A DNA stretch of 20,000 nucleotides from an uncultured virus (IMG/VR IMGVR_UViG_3300017991_000099) (taxonomy: Duplodnaviria > Heunggongvirae > Uroviricota > Caudoviricetes), in the IMG/VR virus record IMGVR_UViG_3300017991_000099. The stretch is one strand, 5' to 3'. The notes beneath the pieces were generated by a model, which was not told the origin of the DNA, made no database searches, and saw only the letters and a program-made list of their open reading frames with translations. Below are positions 8,601 through 14,845 of this stretch, piece after piece (within the stretch, counting starts at the first letter, position 1; every line of letters begins with the position of its first letter). The position numbers and the translations under genes are program-made.

Positions 8601-8814
8601 CTTACACATAGATGAAAATGGTAGTAGATATTGGTTTGAAGAAGATGATTTGCATAGAGATAATGGTCCCGCTGTTGAATTTATGGACGGTAGTAAAATA
8701 TGGTATTACAAAGGCGAATACCATAGAGATAACGGACCAGCTGTAGAATGGAATGATGGATTTAAAGAATGGTATAAACACGGTAGGCTAATCAAAAGCG
8801 AAGGAGTAGAATAA
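8593..8814 (+). CDS. LHRxxGPAVE (MORN-variant-like) repeat protein, two repeats
   Basis: LHRDNGPAVEF and YHRDNGPAVEW. Confidence 0.85.
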   Translation: MANLHIDENGSRYWFEEDDLHRDNGPAVEFMDGSKIWYYKGEYHRDNGPAVEWNDGFKEWYKHGRLIKSEGVE

Positions 8815-8849
8815 CCTAATAATTAGTCCAAATCAAATGTGGAATATTA

Positions 8850-9017
8850 TTAGACCTTATCTTTACCCCTTTCCTCCTTCCAATCCAATGCCAATAACTT
8901 TTCTTTATTCTTATTATACTCTTCTTCGTTAGATAAGAAAAATTGACGATAATTCCAGTAACGATGACCATTTCTTACAGTGCTATACCACATTGTCAAT
9001 ACACGATTATCATCCAT
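8850..9017 (-). CDS. Hypothetical protein
   Basis: Minus-strand motif at 9044, AGGAGG/AGGA RBS, ATG 9017. Confidence 0.7.
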   Translation of the reverse strand: MDDNRVLTMWYSTVRNGHRYWNYRQFFLSNEEEYNKNKEKLLALDWKEERGKDKV

Positions 9018-9097
9018 TTTTCCTATCCTCCTGAATATATACAATTCCTACACTGAAAATTTCCTAAAACTAATAGAGAAATTCAAAAACCCAAACA

Positions 9098-9292
9098 TTA
9101 CCATACAATTCCATCAGAAGAACCCCTATTCCCCTCAATGAAATCCTTCTTTGCCTGCTTCCGGTTCTGTCCGTATACATGAATCTTATTCGGACAATAA
9201 GAAACATCGTGCCAAAAATGATGCGGAAAATCAGCACCCTCCACAACTTCATACTTCGCCTTCTGCTTGCAATGATAACAATGCAAACCCAT
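9098..9292 (-). CDS. Small Cys/His protein (CYHC...CPNKIH)
   Basis: Minus-strand motifs at 9316 and 9353, AAGGGG RBS; alternative start 9298. Confidence 0.7.
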   Translation of the reverse strand: MGLHCYHCKQKAKYEVVEGADFPHHFWHDVSYCPNKIHVYGQNRKQAKKDFIEGNRGSSDGIVW

Positions 9293-9371
9293 ATTCATAT
9301 CCCCTTATATATACAAACAACAAACCCCTTTTCCAACACCTATATATATACAATACCAACCCCAATAATTT

Positions 9372-9421
9372 CTAAACAAAACAAAAGGGAAGGGGGATAA
9401 TTATTTCTATCCCCCTTCCCT
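9372..9421 (-). terminator. Intrinsic terminator after the ArdC-like gene
   Basis: 14-bp stem AGGGAAGGGGGATA/TATCCCCCTTCCCT (9386-9421), then TTTGTTTTGTTT on the minus strand. Confidence 0.8.
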
Positions 9422-9434
9422 GAATAACCAACCC

Positions 9435-10256
9435 TTACGCTTCAACCCCAATCTCTTCAGCGGTCTTAAGAATGTGCTCAACAATCTTGCACACCCGGTT
9501 GACCACCTTGTAGCAAGCATCCGCCACAGACTTGCCTTCCCGTTCCGCCCAAGTCTTGACATACTCAAAACAACCGCCCAAATCCGCTTCAGTCTCGTAA
9601 CCGATGCACTTCAGAAGAACCGCACCAGCAAACTCGGCAGTCACTTCACCCAAAGCACGACTGTCTTTGCCAAGGTTGCCCAGCAGATCGTCGCTCTTGT
9701 GTGCCAACTCATGCGCCCAAGTTGACAGATTCTTAGTGCCAAGGCCAATCGCGTTCGGTCCAGGCATGTAAACACCCAAAGCACCATGCTCAGAACCATT
9801 GAAAGCCTCGACCGAAACCCCCCAATGCTTCGCAACTTCAATCAGGGGCAAACTCGACATAAACTCTTGCACATCTGAAGCATGTTCAATCGGCTTGCCT
9901 TCAGTCTGTTCCAAGCCGTAAACCCGCACAGCCTTGAAACCGATCAAAAACGACTTCTTTTCGCCCGTATCCTTGTCCTTGTAAGAACGCATGACAGGGG
10001 CAAGAATGTGAACCGGATTGCTCCATTCCTCGCTCTTCACCCAACGACCCAGCTTTTTCCACTGTTTGGCTCCACGGGCATCAGAATAACCATGCAACAG
10101 CACAATCAGCCGGTTCATAAAGCTGTAACCCGAAATGTGCTTATCCGCAGCCCCCTGAACAAACACCTGAGAAAGAGCCGCAGGAATATCGCCATTCTCA
10201 AAGGCCCGGATCACACTGTTTGCTGCATTCTGTGCCTGCCCAAAATACTTAGCCAT
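9435..10256 (-). CDS. ardC: ArdC-like protein: N-terminal ssDNA-binding domain plus zincin-like (HExxH) metallopeptidase domain
   Basis: YSFMNRL, RGAKQWKKLGRWVK, ILAP, GFKAVRVY..EQTEG (ArdC-N/DUF1738 pattern); WAHELAH and EVTAE; ACAAGGGAG RBS, motif at 10327. Confidence 0.8.
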   Translation of the reverse strand: MAKYFGQAQNAANSVIRAFENGDIPAALSQVFVQGAADKHISGYSFMNRLIVLLHGYSDARGAKQWKKLGRWVKSEEWSNPVHILAPVMRSYKDKDTGEKKSFLIGFKAVRVYGLEQTEGKPIEHASDVQEFMSSLPLIEVAKHWGVSVEAFNGSEHGALGVYMPGPNAIGLGTKNLSTWAHELAHKSDDLLGNLGKDSRALGEVTAEFAGAVLLKCIGYETEADLGGCFEYVKTWAEREGKSVADACYKVVNRVCKIVEHILKTAEEIGVEA

Positions 10257-10319
10257 TTTTGTATCTCCCTTGTCCCTTGTTCTCTGTGGCTTGAACCCCA
10301 TTGTTCTCGCCACAACCAG

Positions 10320-10401
10320 ATAAACAATTCTCAAGACGATTTTTTCGACACTATCTTTTTTTTATTTTGATACGAATTTTTCGAATCCAGAATTGTATAT
10401 C
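10320..10401. repeat. Back-to-back motif pair, copy 1 (others about 10475-10556, 11252-11333, 12365-12446)
   Basis: ATAAACAAWTCTCAAGACRATWTTTTCGA...GWTACGAA near-identical in three copies; minus TTG to plus TTG distance is 66 bp in all four. Confidence 0.85.
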
Positions 10402-10419
10402 TGAACCCATGTGCTAAAA

Positions 10420-10470
10420 ATAGACCTTGGCGTAACTCTGGACCAAGGGCGCGTATGTCCCTTCCCGCAA
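10420..10470 (-). ncRNA. Putative small non-coding RNA, copy 1 of 3
   Basis: Conserved ORF-less element starting 12 nt after the minus motif at 10482; AAGGG/CCCTT stem with 9-nt loop. Confidence 0.55.
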
Positions 10471-10587
10471 TAAAATAAACAAATCTCAAGACAATATTTT
10501 CGACACTATCTTTTATTTATTTAGATACGAAAAAATTGATCTGACTTTTGTATATACATTCAGGACAAGACAAGGGAGAAAAGAACA

Positions 10588-10752
10588 ATGGCTAAGAACA
10601 TGAAAAACAACAAAAACAAGAAGCAGAAAAGCAACACAATCACTATCCCCGTCGAACACAAGGCCCCAAGGGTTTTCTTCAAGAAACAGACCCACAAGGA
10701 CAAGAAAAAGCATGCAAAAAAGTATGCTTGTCGCGGAAAAAATTGGGATTAG
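10588..10752 (+). CDS. 54-aa highly basic protein (HKDKKK...KYACRGK), not in ORF track
   Basis: Motif 10548, ACAAGGGAG RBS; hand translation MAKNMKNNKNKKQKSNTITIPVEHKAPRVFFKKQTHKDKKKHAKKYACRGKNWD*. Confidence 0.8.
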   Translation: MAKNMKNNKNKKQKSNTITIPVEHKAPRVFFKKQTHKDKKKHAKKYACRGKNWD

Positions 10753-10836
10753 TTACGAAAAAATTGATCTACGTTTTGTATATATAATTGTTGGAAGGGA
10801 ATGAGCCCAACCAACAAAACAAGGGAGACACAAAAC

Positions 10837-11118
10837 ATGGCAATCACCCGCGAAAAGGTCTGCATCGACGGCAAGGTTTACGAGCGCGAAATTGACACAA
10901 ACGAAGCACAGGTCCACCGCTTCATGGTCAGCGATCAAATCATGGGTCGCCTTGGCCTCCGGTTAGACTCCTACGCAGCAAGAGTCGAACAGGGACGCAA
11001 AGGCCCAATGGCCTCCGCAATGGCCGCTCGCAACCACAAGAATGGCAAGAGCCGTAAGGCCGAATCCGCTGCACGGGCAAGAAGGGAACAGGCCAAAACC
11101 AACCGGGAAGGCAAGTAA
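10837..11118 (+). CDS. Hypothetical protein with a basic C-terminus
   Basis: Motif 10776, RBS, ATG 10837. Confidence 0.8.
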   Translation: MAITREKVCIDGKVYEREIDTNEAQVHRFMVSDQIMGRLGLRLDSYAARVEQGRKGPMASAMAARNHKNGKSRKAESAARARREQAKTNREGK

Positions 11119-11141
11119 ACCCGGCACACACAATAACTTAG

Positions 11142-11178
11142 AGGGACCGGGAACAACAAACCCGGTTCCTTTTCTTTT
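11142..11178 (+). terminator. Intrinsic terminator
   Basis: AGGGACCGGG/CCCGGTTCCT stem followed by TTTCTTTT. Confidence 0.8.
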
Positions 11179-11200
11179 GATTTATATACAAACCATATAG

Positions 11201-11247
11201 ATAGAATTCGGCGTACCTCTGGACTAGGGTTTGTTACCCTCCCGCAA
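11201..11247 (-). ncRNA. Putative small non-coding RNA, copy 2 of 3
   Basis: Starts 12 nt after the minus motif at 11259; same scaffold, different loop. Confidence 0.55.
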
Positions 11248-11384
11248 TAGAATAAACAAATCTCAAGACAATATTTTCGATATAATCTTTTATTTATTTA
11301 GTTACGAAAAAATCGAGCTACGTTTTGTATATATAAGTGTTGAGGAAATAAGTCTTCAACACAAAAAACAAGGGAGAAACAAGA

Positions 11385-11543
11385 ATGGCCAACGATCTGA
11401 CAAACATCCCCGCCGCCGCCTGTTGCAAGTGTGGAGGATGGACAAGTTATGGCGGTTGCAGCCAACACAGGGACGCAACAAAGCCGGTCCTAGGACGAAC
11501 CGGATGCACCTGCCTCAAAAAGAACAAGAAGAAAGAAAAATAG
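11385..11543 (+). CDS. 52-aa Cys-rich basic protein (not in ORF track)
   Basis: MANDLTNIPAAACCKCGGWTSYGGCSQHRDATKPVLGRTGCTCLKKNKKKEK*; motif 11325 and RBS. Confidence 0.75.
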   Translation: MANDLTNIPAAACCKCGGWTSYGGCSQHRDATKPVLGRTGCTCLKKNKKKEK

Positions 11544-11625
11544 ATCCGAAAAAATTGCTATGGGAATTGTCTATACAGTTGTGAGGCAAAGAGGCCCACA
11601 AAACAAACAAGGGAGAAACAAAACA

Positions 11626-11982
11626 ATGATTACCCTCTACACCGCAACTTACCAGATTGTCACCCAGGACGATGCAAGCCACTACACTTCCGGCTATGGC
11701 AAGGCAACACACCACGATATGAAAATCGCTGCAATCCGGGCATATCAGCTTGCAAATGAGGATTTTGACAAGCAGGTCCGCAATGACGATACTGGCCTTG
11801 CTGGTTCCGGTTGCTGCATCCTCCATGACGGCAATGTGGACCGCTACAACGATGGGGAAAAGGATCTCGCAACCTATTGGAGCTACGACTTTTACGGCCA
11901 CAACAATAACCACTTTGTTGAAATGCACCGTAGTCCTTCCCTGGTCGAAAACATCAAAAACCGGGAAAAAGTTACAAAATAA
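11626..11982 (+). CDS. Hypothetical protein
   Basis: Motif 11567, RBS, ATG 11626. Confidence 0.8.
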   Translation: MITLYTATYQIVTQDDASHYTSGYGKATHHDMKIAAIRAYQLANEDFDKQVRNDDTGLAGSGCCILHDGNVDRYNDGEKDLATYWSYDFYGHNNNHFVEMHRSPSLVENIKNREKVTK

Positions 11983-12052
11983 TCACGCTACAAATTGTAT
12001 ATACTGTTGTCAAAGGGAATGAGCCCAAAGACAAAACAAGGGAGAAACAAGA

Positions 12053-12220
12053 ATGGATATGACGACCGAAATCAAGACCCTCCTGAATGACACCGAAAAC
12101 GTATGTGATGGTGAGCTTGATCTGTACGGCGAAGAATGGGAATACTACAAGTCGCACAAGGATTCCCAGCCAGAGGATTATTCCTGGTACGAAGAATCTC
12201 TCCAGAATTGCCCCTTCTAG
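12053..12220 (+). CDS. 55-aa acidic/aromatic protein (not in ORF track)
   Basis: MDMTTEIKTLLNDTENVCDGELDLYGEEWEYYKSHKDSQPEDYSWYEESLQNCPF*; motif 11995 and RBS. Confidence 0.8.
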   Translation: MDMTTEIKTLLNDTENVCDGELDLYGEEWEYYKSHKDSQPEDYSWYEESLQNCPF

Positions 12221-12251
12221 GGCATATAAAGCCCTACAATCAATCTTAACG

Positions 12252-12290
12252 GCCCTGCCCCAGCAAGACAAGGGGCAGGGCATTCTTTTC
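12252..12290 (+). terminator. Intrinsic terminator
   Basis: GCCCTGCCCC/GGGGCAGGGC stem followed by ATTCTTTTC. Confidence 0.75.
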
Positions 12291-12313
12291 AATATAAGCC
12301 AAATATGGACGAA

Positions 12314-12360
12314 ATAGACCTTGCCGTACCTCTAGACCAGGGAATCAAACCCTCCTGCAA
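12314..12360 (-). ncRNA. Putative small non-coding RNA, copy 3 of 3
   Basis: Starts 12 nt after the minus motif at 12372; same scaffold, different loop. Confidence 0.55.
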
Positions 12361-12470
12361 GTATATAGACAAATCACGTATCAAATAATTCAATACCAAA
12401 TAAAATAAACTTTGCTACGAATTTTCCCTGTTCAGAATTGTCTATATATCAAAAGAAGGGAGAAAAAACA

Positions 12471-12815
12471 ATGCCAAAAGAAGATATGTATTCCTACTTC
12501 TTTATAAAAAAAGATGATGGCTCTGAAGAAATGTTCACCGTTACAGAACACGCACAAAAAAGAGTTCTGGAAAGACATCGAGAGCTATACCCAAAAGATA
12601 CTCCCGCAAATAAACCAAATTTTATGATATATAAAATGTTGAATAAATATCAACATTCAAGATATTGGTATATTATTACAAAAGATAATAAAAAGATGAG
12701 ATGCTGTATATGTGGGAAATTTCGCCTGATTATATCACAAGATAATTTCGTAATTACCGTTATGATTCGTAAAAAGTTCAAACCGAAAAAAAGAAAACAT
12801 AAGCAAATAGCATAA
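12471..12815 (+). CDS. DUF4258/RelE-like (BECR-fold) putative ribonuclease
   Basis: TEHAQKRVLER near the N-terminus and LII...VITV near the C-terminus. Confidence 0.55.
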   Translation: MPKEDMYSYFFIKKDDGSEEMFTVTEHAQKRVLERHRELYPKDTPANKPNFMIYKMLNKYQHSRYWYIITKDNKKMRCCICGKFRLIISQDNFVITVMIRKKFKPKKRKHKQIA

Positions 12816-12894
12816 ATTATCTTGAAATTTCCCCTATCCAATTTGTATATATATTCGTGAGGCAATGAGGCCAAACAAAAAGGGAGAAAACAAA

Positions 12895-13287
12895 ATGCTT
12901 CAGAACATTCTCAACCTGCTGAATGTGGTCCTGAGCCTGCTTCCTGGTAACAAGCCCAAGGTCCGCTCCGCAATTTACAACATCATGGAGTCTCTCAAGC
13001 GGGAACAGATTCGCCTCTCTGATGACGAAAAAATGGAAATCTACCGGGAATACAATCTGAATGGAAAGGTCCGCAAGATCCCGCATATCAAAGCAGTAAA
13101 GGATCGTACTGGCCTTCCTTTGACCGATTGTAAGGAAATGGTAGAAGAATACATAGCGGCAGAACTTGAAGAAGAATCCCCGTATGGCACCTGTAAGCGT
13201 TGTGGAGCCGCTAACGACGAAATCGGACAGTGTGGATTTTGTCAGTATATGTCTTCTTCTCCTTGTGAATATCAACCCCGCACATAA
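12895..13287 (+). CDS. Protein with a divergent bL12-CTD-like segment and a C-terminal zinc ribbon
   Basis: KIPHIKAVKDRTGLPLTDCKEMVEEY, then CKRCG...CGFC. Confidence 0.7.
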   Translation: MLQNILNLLNVVLSLLPGNKPKVRSAIYNIMESLKREQIRLSDDEKMEIYREYNLNGKVRKIPHIKAVKDRTGLPLTDCKEMVEEYIAAELEEESPYGTCKRCGAANDEIGQCGFCQYMSSSPCEYQPRT

Positions 13288-13300
13288 AATCGCCTCCGTT

Positions 13301-13340
13301 AGCCCCTGGTCCATAAAAAGGCCAGGGGTTATTTTTTATT
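13301..13340 (+). terminator. Intrinsic terminator
   Basis: AGCCCCTGGTC/GGCCAGGGGTT stem followed by ATTTTTTATT. Confidence 0.8.
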
Positions 13341-13394
13341 TAGATACGAAAAAATAGACTCCCGAATTGTCTATATACAAAAGGGAGAATGACA

Positions 13395-13577
13395 ATGATA
13401 CACTTGACAGATGAAGAATTGGTTAACATCTACGAAATTGAAGAGAAATTCGGCTATATTCGCGTTCCTTGTGCCGATAGTGGTTTTCGTAAAGCTGTAG
13501 AACAAATCGGATTTATTGCCGACAAAGAACATAGTGAAAGTGACAAAATGATGATTGTATATAAAAGGGAGAAATAA
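13395..13577 (+). CDS. Hypothetical protein
   Basis: Motif 13367, AAGGGAG RBS; alternative start 13389. Confidence 0.7.
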   Translation: MIHLTDEELVNIYEIEEKFGYIRVPCADSGFRKAVEQIGFIADKEHSESDKMMIVYKREK

Positions 13578-13579
13578 AT

Positions 13580-13882
13580 ATGGAAATCTACGCAACCCTC
13601 GATATTATCAACAGTAAAGCCGATATTTATGGAAATCGGTATTGGGCTTTTCGTTATACAGACCATGAAACCGGAAATAATGTTGAAGCTAGAATCTCAG
13701 GGGGCGAAAGTAATATCAATGCTATTCGATGCCATATGGGAAAAGTAGATGGTTGGGATTCCGGTATCAATACAAAAAGAACAGAAATGAAAATCAGGGA
13801 ATTCAACCGCCTGACAAAAGACTGGCCTCATGCTGGTTGTTCTCCCGAAGACCTTGCCAATTATATAAAAAATAATCTTTGA
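13580..13882 (+). CDS. Hypothetical phage protein (DIYGNRYW motif)
   Basis: TTGTATATA box (13555) and RBS embedded in the end of the previous gene. Confidence 0.8.
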   Translation: MEIYATLDIINSKADIYGNRYWAFRYTDHETGNNVEARISGGESNINAIRCHMGKVDGWDSGINTKRTEMKIREFNRLTKDWPHAGCSPEDLANYIKNNL

Positions 13883-13948
13883 TACGAATTTTCCTCCCTA
13901 CAAATTGTATATAATAGTGTCAGACAACTCATACAAGGGAGAATAAAC

Positions 13949-14128
13949 ATGGTCGTACATTTCCGCAACCTCCGATTTCGTAACAATGCTGGTATGGATT
14001 TTCCTCAGTGCTATTCCAATGCTGACCTTTTGGATCTCGATAAAGGTCGCCTGCCTACTACTGGTGTTGATACAGAAGTGACCTGCAAGCGTTGTCTCCG
14101 TTATCTCAAAAAGAAAAAAGGAAATTGA
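13949..14128 (+). CDS. 59-aa zinc-binding protein (H...C...VTCKRC), not in ORF track
   Basis: MVVHFRNLRFRNNAGMDFPQCYSNADLLDLDKGRLPTTGVDTEVTCKRCLRYLKKKKGN*; motif 13905 and RBS. Confidence 0.8.
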   Translation: MVVHFRNLRFRNNAGMDFPQCYSNADLLDLDKGRLPTTGVDTEVTCKRCLRYLKKKKGN

Positions 14129-14197
14129 TACAAAATAATCCGGCTACAAATTGTATATAGTATTGTCAGACAACTCATACACAAGGGAGAAAAGACA

Positions 14198-14431
14198 ATG
14201 AAGACTATTCAAGCCAGTAAGCTTCCCGTCGAGTCAAGCAAGACCCTCACCCGTTGGCAGTATGAAAACAATCTGGGGGAAATGTTTGACATCACCCTGG
14301 AAAAGAAACTGGGTGTATGGAGTGTTGAGTTGCTTGCATGGGACGAAGAAAAACAAGACTGGATCGGCAAGCGTGTAGATGCCGATACAGAAAAGCGTGT
14401 ACTCAATGAGGCCCTTCCCCTTTACGAATAA
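14198..14431 (+). CDS. Hypothetical protein
   Basis: Motif 14151 and RBS. Confidence 0.8.
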   Translation: MKTIQASKLPVESSKTLTRWQYENNLGEMFDITLEKKLGVWSVELLAWDEEKQDWIGKRVDADTEKRVLNEALPLYE

Positions 14432-14502
14432 AAAGGGGAAATTGATACAAAATAATCAGGCTACGTTTTGTATATAGTATCAGGACAAGGGAGGAACAAA
14501 AC

Positions 14503-14622
14503 ATGGCAAGGAAGGCAGAAGGAACCCCAAGCGAATGGGCAAAGCACCTGAAGAAGTACGGCAAAAGGCAGGCTAACAAGGGTGCAAGAAGGGCTAGTAA
14601 AAAGGCTATAAAAGGCCTCTAG
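14503..14622 (+). CDS. 39-aa basic peptide (EWAKHLKKYGKR), not in ORF track
   Basis: MARKAEGTPSEWAKHLKKYGKRQANKGARRASKKAIKGL*; motif 14468, ACAAGGGAGG RBS. Confidence 0.75.
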   Translation: MARKAEGTPSEWAKHLKKYGKRQANKGARRASKKAIKGL

Positions 14623-14845
14623 GCGGGGACAATGGTATGGAGCGGAGATCCCCTGTCCGCCGTGAGAGACGATTTTTGGGGAAATTACACACCTTTTTCC
14701 CCGTATATCCCCTATATAGCCAAAGGCCGCGCTATGAGTCGCGTGAGAATTTTTTAAAATACCCTATAAATACTTTAGAAAAGATTTTATTTGCATATGG
14801 TTATAAATTATAGTAAGATTGATCTGAAAATATAAAAACGGTCAC

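Larger units (their letters stand above)
1..14500. promoter_or_regulatory. Dispersed repeated bipartite motif GWTACR-AAAWAAT-N11-TTGTHTATA (putative phage early promoter), usually followed by an ACAAGGGAGA-type RBS
   Basis: First T of the TTGTHTAT box on +: 8, 275, 689, 855, 1100, 1549, 1825, 2131, 2491, 2982, 3309, 3689, 4674, 5065, 5304, 5868, 6375, 7262, 10393, 10548, 10776, 11325, 11567, 11995, 12438, 12843, 13367, 13555, 13905, 14151, 14468 (variant at 7038). On -: 9044, 9316, 9353, 10327, 10482, 11191, 11259, 12372. AAATAAT ends exactly 11 nt before TTG in every copy checked (e.g. 837, 1082, 2473, 2964, 3291, 3671, 4656, 5047, 5286, 5850, 11977, 14133, 14450). Orientation follows the downstream gene. 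Promoter function is inferred. Confidence 0.85.

Noticed and set aside
7721..8814. Diversity-generating retroelement TR/VR pair in the LHRxxGPAVE genes
   Set aside because: Copies differ at non-adenine and synonymous positions, and no reverse transcriptase is in the window
9151..12317. Plus-strand ORFs 9151-9375, 9882-10370, 11231-11584, 11750-12022 and 12087-12317
   Set aside because: Overlap better-supported genes in another frame or strand and have no RBS or motif
10420..12360. tRNA or tmRNA identity for the three-copy element or the 736-809 structure
   Set aside because: Too short, with no cloverleaf, T-loop GTTCRA or acceptor stem
8..12865. ORF-track N-terminal extensions such as MYI.., MRIVY.., MSIY.. 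and MCFVY..
   Set aside because: They arise from start-like codons within or next to the repeated motif; true starts lie after the GGGAG RBS
1..14500. CRISPR array interpretation of the recurring motif
   Set aside because: Repeats are degenerate, intervals are mostly 150-1000 bp and irregular, the intervening DNA is ORFs with RBSs, and no cas genes are present
1..14500. Classical integron attC cassette array
   Set aside because: No RYYYAAC...GTTRRRY-bounded long palindromes and no tyrosine integrase in the window; the motif sits upstream of genes and is oriented like a promoter
1..14500. Archaeal BRE/TATA reading of TTGTATATA
   Set aside because: Leader hairpins start 12 nt after the TTG and some RBSs lie within about 15 nt of it, closer than the ~25 nt TATA-to-start distance; not formally excluded
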